A DNA stretch of 64,000 nucleotides from an uncultured delta proteobacterium (GCA_963785725.1 CAWAWS010000006.1:320001-384000); one strand, 5' to 3'; shown: positions 43,837 through 54,035, counted from the stretch's first letter. Made by a program: numbers and translations. The notes: generated from the sequence alone by a model not told the origin.

Positions 43837-43995
43837 GGACTGTTCTCAATCAGCTCCCGTCGCCAAGCTTGCTGCGGGCCGCGTCTGCTTCGTTGCTCAT
43901 CGCTCAGTTACCGCCAGTAGCTTCGCTCTTCGCGCCTCGCAGCCGCGGCTCCTCGCGGCGCTTGGCTCGGTCCGCCAATTGAGAACAGCCCCTAG
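43833..43995. mobile_element. MITE-like non-autonomous element with 18-bp terminal inverted repeats
   Basis: CTAGGGACTGTTCTCAAT ... ATTGAGAACAGCCCCTAG (17/18); CTAG at both ends; internally palindromic; no credible coding capacity. Confidence 0.72.
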
Positions 43996-44807
43996 CGTTT
44001 CTGCTTCTTCGCCGCGCGGCCGAGGCGTCGCGCGGCGCCCACCATCAGCAGCACCACCAAGCCACCGAAGATAGCGAACGAGACGACGCGAGCGCGCCAC
44101 GGCGAAACGGCCGTTGCCGTCGGCGTGACCGCGGCCGACCGGTGCGCGCCGGCGCCGAAGCGGAACGTGACCGAGCGGTCTTCGAGCGCCGAAAAGCGGT
44201 TGCCGCGAAAGAGAAAGCGGGTCTCGCGCTCGTCGCCGGTCGGGCCGCGATGGGCGGCGATGAGCGTCGTCGCCGGCGACTCCTCGAGGCGCAGCTCGGT
44301 CTCGCCCAGCTGCGGCTCAGCCGAAGCCGCGCTGGCGGCGCGCCGACGATGGTCGACGGGCGTGCGGTCGTCGAGGCGAACCTCGTGCGGCCCTAGCCCT
44401 TGCAGCGGCAGCGTGGCCACGAGATCGATCGAGAACGGGCTGGGCGCGACGGCGTCGCCGGCCAACCCGACCTGCGGCGCGTCGAACGTGGGCGTGACGC
44501 GCGCGCCGTCGATCGTCAGCTCGAGCCCGCTCGCGACCGCCGCGCGCAGGCTCTCGCCGAGCGCGCGCGTCTCGTTCGCGTCGAGCTTGCCGTCGCCGTC
44601 GGCGTCGGCCGCTTGCCGCGCCAGCAGCGCCGGCTGCGGCCCGACGAGCTCGGTGTAGGCGAGGCGCATGCGATCGGGCGCCACCAAGTCGACTTCCAGG
44701 TAGCGATTTACCGTCGCTGGCGCGTACTCCGGATGGGCAAGCGCGCTGCCGGCGCTCGAGAGCAACGCAACGGCGACAAGGTTGACTGGCCAGTCAGTGT
44801 TTGCCAT
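43992..44807 (-). CDS. Exported/membrane-anchored hypothetical protein
   Basis: Signal peptide ending ALA-HP; DADGDG acidic loop; C-terminal TM helix plus basic tail; start approximate. Confidence 0.6.
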   Translation of the reverse strand: MANTDWPVNLVAVALLSSAGSALAHPEYAPATVNRYLEVDLVAPDRMRLAYTELVGPQPALLARQAADADGDGKLDANETRALGESLRAAVASGLELTIDGARVTPTFDAPQVGLAGDAVAPSPFSIDLVATLPLQGLGPHEVRLDDRTPVDHRRRAASAASAEPQLGETELRLEESPATTLIAAHRGPTGDERETRFLFRGNRFSALEDRSVTFRFGAGAHRSAAVTPTATAVSPWRARVVSFAIFGGLVVLLMVGAARRLGRAAKKQKR

Positions 44808-44869
44808 GCTGCGCCCCGAGCGTAGCACCTGCCGTCGCTGGCGGCGCGTCATCCGACGAGGAGAGAACC

Positions 44870-45091
44870 GTGGCCACCGAAGTCAAAGCGCACATCACCG
44901 GGACCGTCTGGAAAATCGAGACGCCGGCTGGGACGAAGGTCAACGAAGGCGACACGGTCATCATCCTCGAGTCGATGAAAATGGAGATGCCCGTCGAGGC
45001 GTCGGCCACGGGAACGATCCGCGAGATCAAGATCAAGGAAGGCGAAGCGGTCGACGAGGGCAAGGTCGTCGCCATCATCGACGAAGCCTAA
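44870..45091 (+). CDS. Stand-alone biotin/lipoyl carrier protein
   Basis: GTG after GAGGAG; AHITGTVWKI, ILESMKME biotinylation motif. Confidence 0.9.
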   Translation: MATEVKAHITGTVWKIETPAGTKVNEGDTVIILESMKMEMPVEASATGTIREIKIKEGEAVDEGKVVAIIDEA

Positions 45092-45100
45092 ACAGACTGT

Positions 45101-46187
45101 TTAGCGGCGGCGCGGCTTCGCGACCGGGCCCGCCGGTCGGCGCTTGTCGGGACCGATTGGCTTCAAGATGAACGTCCACGGCTGCGATTTGAAGAGCCGA
45201 TGGGCTTCGTGCAAGTCGTCGAAGAGCTCGTGGTCGTCGAGGAAGCCGCCGAGCGTGCCTTCGCCGCGTGCGACGCCGTCGGCGAGCGCGCGCACGCCGG
45301 CGGCGGCGCGTTCGGCGCTGGCGACGGCGCGGCGGGCGGCGGCGAGCCCGCCGGCCCAACGCTCGCGCGCCGCCGGGCCGAATTGCGCGCCGATGCCGTC
45401 GAGACGCGTAAGCGCGCGGTCGAGCTTGTCGCCCAGCGCGCGCACGTCGGGCGTGGCGCGGTCGACGATGGCGGTGAGCGCGCGCGCGTCGTGGCGGGCG
45501 CGCCCGATGACGTCGCCGTCGCGCAGCGCGCGCACCAGAATCGGCGCCGGCGACGAGCGCGAGGCCGCCTTGGTCGACGATGCGGCGCAGCTGACCGCGA
45601 TCGGCCGGTAACGTCGCCAGCGTCGCCAACAGCTCGTCACCGGCGCGCAACAGCTCGTCGAGCGCCGGGCGATTCTCGTTCAAGAGCGCAAACGCCCGCC
45701 GCAAGCTCTCTTCACTGCGCGCCAAGAAATGATCGATGTCGGGCGGATCGGCGGCCGTCAAAAGCTCGCCCTCCGCGACGGGCGGGCCGCGATCGGCGCC
45801 GTGCGCGGGCGGGCCGATCTCGAGGTAGGCCTCGCCGAGCACCGACGGCGTCGCGACGAAGATCTGCGAGTTGCGCCTGAGCTCGCCGGCCCAGCTGCGC
45901 GCCAGGAAGACGAAGAGCTCGACGTGCTCGCCGTGGCCGTCGTCATCGTGGACGCGCACGGCGCCGCGCACTTCGCCGATGTCGCGGCCGGCGAGCCGCA
46001 CTTTGGCGCCGGCGCGCAGCGGCCCGGCCGTCGACAAACGCACGCGCACGTCGAGGCCGGGGCCGATGGCGCGATCGGACAGCATGAGCACCCACGCGAC
46101 GGCCGTCGCCAGCGCGACGACGACGGCGGCGCCGGCCCAGCGGCGCACGGCGAAGCCGCTGTCGTCGAACGGTGGGCCCAGCGACAT
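45101..46187 (-). CDS. mlaD: MlaD/MCE family protein (apparent frameshift near 45545)
   Basis: TM helix, then LRAGAKVRLAGRDIGEV...SVLGEAYLEI; C-terminal GEGTLGGFLDD...KSQPW in the adjacent frame. Confidence 0.8.
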
Positions 46188-46227
46188 TAGGGCGCGTCCT
46201 CGAAGCGCCGGCGCGCGAATCCTGGTG

Positions 46228-47238
46228 TCATTCCTTCCAGAAGAACTTCCACGGGTTGCGTTTGAGGTCGCGCACCATCTCCTTCAGATCGTCGTAGAGC
46301 TGCGGATCGACGAGCAGCGCGCCGGCCGTGCCTTTGCCTTGCCGCAGGTCGCCCACGAGCGCCGCGGCGTCGCCGGCCAGCCGGTCGGCCTTGTTGCCGA
46401 CGGAGACGAGCTCGTCGAGCGCGCGCACCAGCTTGTCGCGCTCGGCCGGCCCGACGACGCTCGTCGCGCGGTCGACGCCGTCGAGCGCCTTTTGCGCCTT
46501 TTGCAGCAGCGGATCGATGTCGCGCCGCACCGCCGCCGACAGCGCCTCGACGTTGGCCAAGGTCGCCCGCACGGTCGCGCCGTCGCCGACGCCGGAGCGC
46601 AGCGACACCATGAGCTGCGCGGCTTCGCGGCTGAGCGCGTCGATGTTGCCGAGCAGATGCGCGATCTGCGCCTTGTTCGCCTTCAACAGCTCGTCGAGCG
46701 TGCGCACCACCGACGCGCCCGACTGCAGGAAATCGCGGATGACGTCCTTATCGTCTTTCAGTAATCCGGTGATCGAATCGAGGAACTCGTACAGCCGCGC
46801 CACGATCAAGTCGGTGCGCGGCGGATTGACGCCGGCGACGGTGTGCGCCGGATCGAGCGGCGGCTGGTCCCACGATCCCGGCTGAATCTCCAGATACTGC
46901 TCGCCCAAAACTCCTTGGGTATTGATGAAGAACTCGGCGTTTTGGCGGATCGATTGCCGGACGCGCTCTTCGATCCAGGCGACGACGCGGACTTGCACGC
47001 GCTTGCCGCTGTCGGGATCGATCTCGCCGCCGAGATAGCGGACGTCTTCGACTTTGCCCACCTTGATGCCGGAGATCTTGACGGCGGCGCCCGACTGTAG
47101 ATTGCCGGAATAGTCGTAGTCGATGCGGATGCGATAGCCGCCGCGCAGCGAGAAGTTCCCCAAGAGCGCCAGGAATCCGCCGAGTAATAACAGCGAAACC
47201 AATATCAATGCGCCGACTTTATATTCGATTGTTCGCAT
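46228..47238 (-). CDS. mlaD: MlaD/MCE family protein
   Basis: EYKVGALI TM helix; LQSGAAVKISGIKVGKV, QGVLGEQYLEI; helical tail GKGTAGALL...KRNPW. Confidence 0.9.
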   Translation of the reverse strand: MRTIEYKVGALILVSLLLLGGFLALLGNFSLRGGYRIRIDYDYSGNLQSGAAVKISGIKVGKVEDVRYLGGEIDPDSGKRVQVRVVAWIEERVRQSIRQNAEFFINTQGVLGEQYLEIQPGSWDQPPLDPAHTVAGVNPPRTDLIVARLYEFLDSITGLLKDDKDVIRDFLQSGASVVRTLDELLKANKAQIAHLLGNIDALSREAAQLMVSLRSGVGDGATVRATLANVEALSAAVRRDIDPLLQKAQKALDGVDRATSVVGPAERDKLVRALDELVSVGNKADRLAGDAAALVGDLRQGKGTAGALLVDPQLYDDLKEMVRDLKRNPWKFFWKE

Positions 47239-47988
47239 TTAGAATCCCGGCGTCTCCATCGGGCCACGGCTCTCGCCGCGGATGAACTGCTGCACGATCG
47301 GATCGGGCGACGCCGAAAGCTCGGCGCGCGTGCCGAGCGCGTGCACGACGCCCGCGTAGAGGAGCGCGATGCGATCGGCGACGCCGAAGATCGACGTCAG
47401 GTCGTGCGAGACGACGACCGCCGTCTTGCCGGCGTCGGCGAGCTCGCGAATGAGGCGGTCGATGCGGCGCGCCGCGACCGGGTCGAGGCCGGTCGTCGGC
47501 TCGTCGTACAGGACGCATTCGGGCTCGAGCGTGAGCGCGCGGGCGATGGCGCCGCGCTTGCGCGTGCCGTCGCCGAGCTGCGCCGGGAAGGCGTGCGCGA
47601 ACTCGCCGAGGTGCACTTGGGCCAGTCGCTCGTGCGCCTGCTTCTCGGCCTCTTTTTGCGACAGCTTTTGCAGCTTACGCAGCGGCAGCATGACGTTTTC
47701 GACGAGCGTCATCGAGTCGAACAGCGTCGCGTGCTGAAAGACCATGGCGCAGCGGCGGCGCACGGCGTAGAGCGCGCGCTCGTCCAAGTCGTCGACGCGC
47801 CGGCCGTCGAACCAGACCTCGCCGCCGTCGGGACGGAGCAGGCCGACGACGTGCTTGATGGTGACCGACTTGCCGACGCCGGAGGTGCCGATGATGTAGA
47901 GGACCTCGCCGCGACGGACCTCCAAATCGACGCCGCGCAGGACCTTTTGCGCGCCGAACGATTTGGTGAGGCCGCGAAACGCGATCAA
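47239..47988 (-). CDS. mlaF: MlaF-like ABC ATPase
   Basis: TTG start after AAGGAG, overlapping mlaE stop; IGTSGVGKS, LYDEPTTGLDP; atypical signature LGDGT. Confidence 0.88.
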   Translation of the reverse strand: MIAFRGLTKSFGAQKVLRGVDLEVRRGEVLYIIGTSGVGKSVTIKHVVGLLRPDGGEVWFDGRRVDDLDERALYAVRRRCAMVFQHATLFDSMTLVENVMLPLRKLQKLSQKEAEKQAHERLAQVHLGEFAHAFPAQLGDGTRKRGAIARALTLEPECVLYDEPTTGLDPVAARRIDRLIRELADAGKTAVVVSHDLTSIFGVADRIALLYAGVVHALGTRAELSASPDPIVQQFIRGESRGPMETPGF

Positions 47989-48731
47989 TGGACGCTCCTT
48001 TGGAACGTGAAGAGCGCGAGGCCAGACAGGACGAAGTCGAGCAGGATGACGACGAAGCTGGCGCTGATGACGGCCCGGGTCGTGGCCGCGCCGACGCCTT
48101 CGGAGCCGCCGCGCGCCGACAGCCCGGCGATGCCGGCGACGATGGGAATGGCGGCGCCATAAGCGGCGCATTTCATGACGGCGGTGGCGAGGTCGCCGAC
48201 GCGCACGTGCGAGACGTCGAGGAAGACGATCGGGTTGACGTGAAAGCTGTAGTAGGCGGTGAGCGCGCCCATCAGCATGGCGGCGCCGACGCCGATCGTC
48301 GTGAGCGCGCCGGTCATCACCAGCGACGCCAAGAAGCGCGGGACGATCAAGTAATCGACGGGATCGACGCCGTTCATGCGCAAGGCGTCGACCTGCTCGG
48401 TGACGACCATCGAGCCGATCTCGGCGGCGATGCCGGCGCCGACGCGCGTGGCCAGCATCATCGCCGTCAATGACGGGCCGAACTCGTGGACGAGGATCTT
48501 GATGAACTCGGCGCCGACTTGCGACAGATCGCCGGTGATGCGGTTGACCTGCAGGCACGTCTGAAAGACCAGCACCATGCCCAAAAAGCCGAGCGTCACG
48601 CACACGAAGACGAGCGAGCGATTGCCGATTTGATAGAGCTGACGCAGGACTTCACCTTCGGTGCGGCGGCCGAAGAGCCAGCGCGCGGCGCCGCCGAAGG
48701 TGCGAGTGATGACGTCGAGCGCCAGCTGCAT
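47985..48731 (-). CDS. mlaE: MlaE-family permease
   Basis: IGNRSL, EFGPSLTAMMLATRVGAGIAAEIGSMVVTEQVDAL, GVGAATTRAV. Confidence 0.9.
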   Translation of the reverse strand: MQLALDVITRTFGGAARWLFGRRTEGEVLRQLYQIGNRSLVFVCVTLGFLGMVLVFQTCLQVNRITGDLSQVGAEFIKILVHEFGPSLTAMMLATRVGAGIAAEIGSMVVTEQVDALRMNGVDPVDYLIVPRFLASLVMTGALTTIGVGAAMLMGALTAYYSFHVNPIVFLDVSHVRVGDLATAVMKCAAYGAAIPIVAGIAGLSARGGSEGVGAATTRAVISASFVVILLDFVLSGLALFTFQRSVH

Positions 48732-48753
48732 GGCGCGTCGAGCATACCGAAAG

Positions 48754-49845
48754 TCAGCCGAGGTGAAACAGACGATCGGCGCCGATGACCATGCCGAGCG
48801 TGGCGACGGCGATGGCGACCTCGCCGAGCGCGCCGACGACGAAGGGGCCGAAGCCTTGCTTGCGCAGCGCCGCGAAGTTGGTGCGCAAGCCGACGCCGGC
48901 GAACGTCAGCAAGAAGGCCCAGCGCGACAGGTTGGCGAGGCTGTCGAGCTGCGGCTTCGTAAAGGCGTGGAAGCTGGCCAGCGTCGAGAAGAGCAGGAAG
49001 CCGAGGACGAACTTGGGGAACTTCTGCCACACGAAGGCGGCTTTGTTGCCGGTGACGGCGCGGCCGCCGCGGCTGGCGAAGTAGATGGCCGCGAAGAGGA
49101 CGACGAAGCCGATGGTGGCGTTACGCGCGGTCTTGGCGAGGACGGCGATGCGCGCGGCTTCGTCGGAGTAGAGCGCGCCGGCGGCGGTGACCTCGGCGGT
49201 GTTGTCGATGGCGAGGCCGACCCACAAGCCGTAGGCGTGGTCGCTCATGTGCAGCGCGTGGCCGATGAGCGGGAAGGTCACGAGCGCGACGGCGCCGAGC
49301 GCGAGGATGGCGGCGATGGCGAACGTCGTGTCGCGCTCGTCGGCGTCGATGGCGCCTTGCGTGGCGATGATGGCGCTGACGCCGCATACCGACGAGCCGA
49401 TGGCGAGCAGCGCCGACAGCTTCGGCCCCAGCTTGAAGCGGCGGCCGAGCCACGTCATGACCACGACGGCGAGCGCGATCTCGATGACGACGAGCGCCAA
49501 GCTGACGCCGCCCAATTTCGCGATGTCGCCGAGCAGGAAGCGGACGCCGAGCAGAACGATGCCGAGCTTGAGCCACAGCTCGTAGGTGCCGATGCCGGGC
49601 TCGAAGATTTGGAACCAGCGCTGCTTGCTGCACAGGTTACCGATGACGAGGCCGATCAAGATCGCCCACAAGACGTACTCGATGTTGGGCAGCGTGTGAT
49701 GGTGCGCTTTGCCCCAGGCTTTGAGCGCGCCTTCTATCCATTTGCCGGCATAGCCGACGACGAAGAGCAAGAGGAGGCCGGGGATCGTGGCCAGCGTGCG
49801 GGCGAGCGGTGATGGCGCGCTGCCCGACGGCGAGAACGCGCTCAC
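48754..49845 (-). CDS. YeiH / putative sulfate exporter (PSE) family membrane protein
   Basis: LKLGIVLLG, IGSSVCGVSAIIAT, GLWVGLAIDNTAEV, KFPKFVLGFL, FAGVGL; GTG start overlaps the upstream small-ORF stop. Confidence 0.88.
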   Translation of the reverse strand: MSAFSPSGSAPSPLARTLATIPGLLLLFVVGYAGKWIEGALKAWGKAHHHTLPNIEYVLWAILIGLVIGNLCSKQRWFQIFEPGIGTYELWLKLGIVLLGVRFLLGDIAKLGGVSLALVVIEIALAVVVMTWLGRRFKLGPKLSALLAIGSSVCGVSAIIATQGAIDADERDTTFAIAAILALGAVALVTFPLIGHALHMSDHAYGLWVGLAIDNTAEVTAAGALYSDEAARIAVLAKTARNATIGFVVLFAAIYFASRGGRAVTGNKAAFVWQKFPKFVLGFLLFSTLASFHAFTKPQLDSLANLSRWAFLLTFAGVGLRTNFAALRKQGFGPFVVGALGEVAIAVATLGMVIGADRLFHLG

Positions 49846-49934
49846 CACGACACCTTGACGCCGCCGGCGACGACGACCGCGGCCGCGGCGAGCGCGAGCA
49901 GGACCGGCAACCAATCTGAAATCAACGACTTCAT
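49842..49934 (-). CDS. 30-aa single-TM peptide upstream of YeiH
   Basis: Manual translation MKSLISDWLPVLLALAAAAVVVAGGVKVSW*; GTGA overlap with YeiH start; below ORF-track length cutoff. Confidence 0.65.
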   Translation of the reverse strand: MKSLISDWLPVLLALAAAAVVVAGGVKVSW

Positions 49935-49973
49935 GGTTGTACGGTAACTGCATCGGAAATAGCGGTCAATGGG

Positions 49974-50744
49974 TCAGCGGAGCACCATGGTCAAGAGGTT
50001 GTCGGAGATCATGATGGCGACGGCGGCGGCGACGACGGCGTTGTTGACGGCGCGGCCGACCCCGACGGCGCCGCCGGTGACGCTGACGCCGAAGTGGCAG
50101 CTGGTGATGGAGATGGCGAGCCCGAAGACGGCCGCTTTGATGAGGCCGATCGATAAGTCCCACGGCTTCAAGTTGTCGGCGAAGGAGTGGATGAAGCTCG
50201 AGAGCTCGACGTTCAACAGCAGCTTGCCGAACAGGGCGCCACCGGCGATGGCGACGACGTCGCCGACGATGACGAGGCAAAAGAGCGCGGTCATCATGGC
50301 GACGACGCGCGGGACGATGAGGAAGCCGATGGGGTCGATGGCGAGGGCGCGCAGGCCGTCGAGCTGCTCGGTGACGGTCATCGTGCCCAATTCGGCGGCG
50401 TTGTTGGCGCCGACGCGGCCGGAGAACATGAGGCCGATGAGGATGGGGCCGACCTCGCGCAACGTCGCGTAGCCGGCGCCGAAGCCGAGCAGGCCGTAGG
50501 CGCCGAAGCGACGGACGAAGATGCCGCTCTGGATGACCATGATGCCGCCGGTGAAGAACGCGGTCAGGATGACGATGGGCAACGATTGCACGCCCATTTT
50601 GTGCAGGTTGCGCAGGAGCTCGCGGCCGTCCCAGTCGAAGCGCAGGAGCGAGCCGAGCGCGCGCCAGGCGAGCAGCGCCATGCCGCCGGCTTCGTCGCAA
50701 AGCGCGAGCGCGGCGGCGCCCAGTGCTTGCAGCGCGCGCGTCAC
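49974..50744 (-). CDS. mlaE: MlaE-family permease
   Basis: MGVQSLPIV, REVGPILIGLMFSGRVGANNAAELGTMTVTEQLD, GVGRAVNNAVV; GTGA overlap with mlaF. Confidence 0.9.
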   Translation of the reverse strand: MTRALQALGAAALALCDEAGGMALLAWRALGSLLRFDWDGRELLRNLHKMGVQSLPIVILTAFFTGGIMVIQSGIFVRRFGAYGLLGFGAGYATLREVGPILIGLMFSGRVGANNAAELGTMTVTEQLDGLRALAIDPIGFLIVPRVVAMMTALFCLVIVGDVVAIAGGALFGKLLLNVELSSFIHSFADNLKPWDLSIGLIKAAVFGLAISITSCHFGVSVTGGAVGVGRAVNNAVVAAAVAIMISDNLLTMVLR

Positions 50745-51478
50745 AGCGGGCCGTCGAGCGCGCCCGACACGAACTGGCGGACGACGGCGTCGTCGCTGTC
50801 GGTGATGGTGGCGGCGTCGCCGTCGTAGCGCAGGCGACCGCCATGCAGCATGCCGAGGCGCGGCGCGAAGCGGCGCAGGGCGTCGACGTCGGAGGAGACG
50901 ACGAGCATCGTCATGGCGCCGCCGTTCCCGTCCGACCCGGCCGCGCCGTCGCGTTCGGCGCGCAGCAGATCGTAAATCTTCGACGTCGTGACCGGGTCGA
51001 GGCCGGCCGTCGGCTCGTCGAAGATGCACAACGGCGGGCGCGCGATGACGGCGCGGGCGAGCGCGGCGCGCTTCTTCATGCCGCCCGAGAGCTGATTGGG
51101 CAGCTTGTCTTGGCTGCCGCCGAGGCCGACGGCGCGCAGGCGATCGGCGACGCGGGCGCGGATCTCGTCGGCCGGCAGCCGGCCTTGGCGCACGAGCGGG
51201 AAGGCCACGTTGTCGCCGACGGTCATGAAGTCGAAGAGCGCGTTGTTCTGGAAGAGCATGCCGATGGGCTGCGCGGCGACGGTGACCGAGCCGGCGTCGG
51301 GCGCGAGCAGGCCGCAGACGAGCTTCATGAGCACGCTCTTGCCGGCGCCGGCGGGGCCGATGAGGCCGAACGTCTCGCCGCGCCCGAGCGTGAGGTCGAT
51401 GCCGTCGAGGAGCGGGCGATCACCGCGGACGCCGAAGCGCTTGCGCACGCCGGCGAGGACGACCGCGGGCTCATTCAC
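50741..51478 (-). CDS. mlaF: MlaF-like ABC ATPase
   Basis: IGPAGAGKS, LSGGMKKR, FDEPTAGLDPVT; H-loop reads VVSSD, with the His missing. Confidence 0.88.
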   Translation of the reverse strand: MNEPAVVLAGVRKRFGVRGDRPLLDGIDLTLGRGETFGLIGPAGAGKSVLMKLVCGLLAPDAGSVTVAAQPIGMLFQNNALFDFMTVGDNVAFPLVRQGRLPADEIRARVADRLRAVGLGGSQDKLPNQLSGGMKKRAALARAVIARPPLCIFDEPTAGLDPVTTSKIYDLLRAERDGAAGSDGNGGAMTMLVVSSDVDALRRFAPRLGMLHGGRLRYDGDAATITDSDDAVVRQFVSGALDGPL

Positions 51479-52508
51479 CGCAGTCGAGCTCCGCCTTTTC
51501 CGTCTCCGCTTCGCGCAGGTGATTGCTGTCGGGAAAGTCGCGAATGAGCCGCTGCACGGCCTTGCACGCGGCGTCTTTGTCGTTCTGCGCGCGACGCACG
51601 CGGGTGAGCTCGAGCAGCGCGTCGTCGCGCAGCGTCGACTCCTTGAAGTCGTCGGCCAGCCGCTCGAAGGCGTCGCCGGCGCGCGTCAGATCGTGCAGAT
51701 CGTCGAGGTAGATCTTACCGATGAGGAGCTGCGCGTCGTCGAGCTGCAGGTAATTGTAGCTGCCGGTGATGAGCGCGACGCGCTTGGTGGCGACCATGGC
51801 GCGCAGGCGGCGCAGCGCGCCCTGAAAGTCGCCGGCGGCGCGCGCCAGGCCGGCGGCGCGCCAGATGGCGTCGTCGCGCAGGCTCGAACGGGGCCAGTGC
51901 TCGGCGAGCGCGTCGAAGGCGGCGATGGCGTCGGCGTCGTGCTCGTGGCGCGTGAACAAGAGCGCGCGGGCGTAGGCGATGTTGTCGGCGATGTCGAAGC
52001 GCTCGAGGCGCGTCTGCAGCTCGGCCAACTTCGCCGCCAGCGCTTGCCAATCGCGCGGCTCGTCGAGGCGCACGGCGAGCGTCAGCGCGTCGTCGGTCGA
52101 GCGTTCGTCGGGCGCGTTCTCGACGCAGCGCCAGGCCAGCTCGCGCGCGGCGTTGTCGTCGCCGAGCCGCGCGTGCGCCAGCGACGCCGCGCGCGACCAG
52201 GCTCGCGCCCGCGTCGTCGCCACGTGCGACATCGTCGCCGCGCGCAGCCACGCCGCGTAGGCCGGCTGCCACTGTTGATGATCCTCGGCCAATTCGGCGC
52301 TGCGCACGGCGGCCAGCGCGCAGTCGTCGTTGGCGAGCGGCTGCGTCCGACAGCGCGCCTCGAACGCGGCGTAGATCTGCTGCGCGCGCTCGGGCGACTG
52401 CGACTCCAGCTGCTGCGCGCGCCACAAATCGTCGGGCAGCGGCGCGCCGGCGCAGGCCGCCAAGAGGAGCGTCGTCGTCGCCCCGATGAACGATCGCGCG
52501 CGTCTCAC
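51471..52508 (-). CDS. TPR lipoprotein
   Basis: GTG overlapping ltaE stop; lipobox LLAAC; TPR pairs ([26 protein letters not shown]). Confidence 0.75.
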   Translation of the reverse strand: MRRARSFIGATTTLLLAACAGAPLPDDLWRAQQLESQSPERAQQIYAAFEARCRTQPLANDDCALAAVRSAELAEDHQQWQPAYAAWLRAATMSHVATTRARAWSRAASLAHARLGDDNAARELAWRCVENAPDERSTDDALTLAVRLDEPRDWQALAAKLAELQTRLERFDIADNIAYARALLFTRHEHDADAIAAFDALAEHWPRSSLRDDAIWRAAGLARAAGDFQGALRRLRAMVATKRVALITGSYNYLQLDDAQLLIGKIYLDDLHDLTRAGDAFERLADDFKESTLRDDALLELTRVRRAQNDKDAACKAVQRLIRDFPDSNHLREAETEKAELDCGE

Positions 52509-53542
52509 GCCGCGCGCAAGACGGCGGCGGCGAGCTCGGCGGCGACGCTGCAGGCTTGGGCGTCGACGTCGAGGTGCGTGACGGCGCGCAGCTTGCGCGG
52601 GCCGACGCTGTTGACGTAGAGGCCGTGGCTGCGCGCGCGCGTGACGAAGCCGGCGGCGTCGAACGGACAGTCGCTCGTCAGATCCCAGATGACGATGTTG
52701 GTCTCGACGCCGGCCAAGTCGACGGCGATGCCGGGCAGCCGCGCCAAACCCTCGGCGAAGCGGCGCGCGTTGGCGTGATCCTCGGCCAGCCGCGCCACGT
52801 TGTGCTCGAGCGCGTACAGGCCGCCGGCCGCGAGCAGGCCCGCTTGGCGCATGCCGCCGCCGTACATCTTGCGCCGGCGCAGCGCGCGGTGAATCAGCTC
52901 TTTGGTTCCCGCCAACACCGAGCCCACCGGCGCGCCCAAGCCCTTCGACAGGCACAGGCTGATCGTATCGAACGGCGCCGACAATTCGCGCGCGCTCTTG
53001 CCGGTGGCGATGTGCGCGTTCATGAGGCGCGCGCCGTCGAGGTGCAGGCCGAGCCCGCGCTGCTTCGTCAACGCCGCGATCTTCACGATCTCCGCTTGCG
53101 GGAAGATGCTGCCGCCGCCGCGATTGTGCGTGTTCTCGATGGCGACGAGCGTCGTCGGCGCGAAGTGGTGATTGTCGGGATTGATGGCGGCCGCGACCTC
53201 GTCGGCGGTGAAGCGGCCCTGCTTGTCGCCGATGACGCTGCACTGCACGCCGGCGAGCGCGCCCGCGGCGCCCGACTCGAAGACCATGCAGTGCGCGCCT
53301 TGCGAGACCAAGACGTCGTCGCCTGGCCGCGTGTGAATGGCGAGCGCGATCTGATTCGCCATCGTCCCCGACGGCACGAAGAGCGCGGCCTCTTTGCCGA
53401 GCAGCGCGGCGACGCGCTCCTGCAGCGCGTTCACCGTCGGATCCTCGCCGTAAACGTCGTCGCCGACTTCGGCGCGCGCCATGGCGTCGCGCATCGCCTG
53501 CGAGGGCTTGGTCACCGTGTCCGAGCGCAAATCGACGATCAT
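52505..53542 (-). CDS. ltaE: Low-specificity L-threonine aldolase
   Basis: [53 protein letters not shown]. Confidence 0.95.
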   Translation of the reverse strand: MIVDLRSDTVTKPSQAMRDAMARAEVGDDVYGEDPTVNALQERVAALLGKEAALFVPSGTMANQIALAIHTRPGDDVLVSQGAHCMVFESGAAGALAGVQCSVIGDKQGRFTADEVAAAINPDNHHFAPTTLVAIENTHNRGGGSIFPQAEIVKIAALTKQRGLGLHLDGARLMNAHIATGKSARELSAPFDTISLCLSKGLGAPVGSVLAGTKELIHRALRRRKMYGGGMRQAGLLAAGGLYALEHNVARLAEDHANARRFAEGLARLPGIAVDLAGVETNIVIWDLTSDCPFDAAGFVTRARSHGLYVNSVGPRKLRAVTHLDVDAQACSVAAELAAAVLRAA

Positions 53543-53621
53543 GCGCGGCAGCTTAGCACCGAAAGCGAGCGGTGGAGTGAGTCGCCGGCGCGCTCCGCGA
53601 TCGCGAAAAGGTGTAACGAAA

Positions 53622-54035
53622 CTACGCGCCGAGATCTTTGGGCGCGACGGGTGGCGGCGGCGGCGGTGGTGGCGGCGTCGGCGTGCCGCGCTCGTCGCGC
53701 AGCTTGCGCTCGAGGAGCTCGAGCCAGCGCAGCTCCATCCCGTGCGTGTCGTCGCCGAGCGTAATCTGCGCGCGCACGCCCGCGCCCGCTTTGATGAGCT
53801 CGATCGAGCCACGCTTCACCTTGCCGTCGTCGAGACATTCGAAGGCGACGAAGGCGGCGTCGGGATCCTTGTCGACGATCTTGCAGCCCTTGTCGATGCG
53901 CACGAAGCGCACCGCCGTCGAGAACGTCTCGGTGACGCTCCACGGCCACTCGCTCTGCGCGCGCGCCTCGACGCGACCGCCGCCGATTGCAGCGGCGAGC
54001 ACCACCAGGCCGACGACGACGAGCACGCGCTTCAT
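53622..54035 (-). CDS. Secreted hypothetical protein
   Basis: Signal peptide, small domain with a Cys pair, poly-Pro tail. Confidence 0.65.
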   Translation of the reverse strand: MKRVLVVVGLVVLAAAIGGGRVEARAQSEWPWSVTETFSTAVRFVRIDKGCKIVDKDPDAAFVAFECLDDGKVKRGSIELIKAGAGVRAQITLGDDTHGMELRWLELLERKLRDERGTPTPPPPPPPPPVAPKDLGA

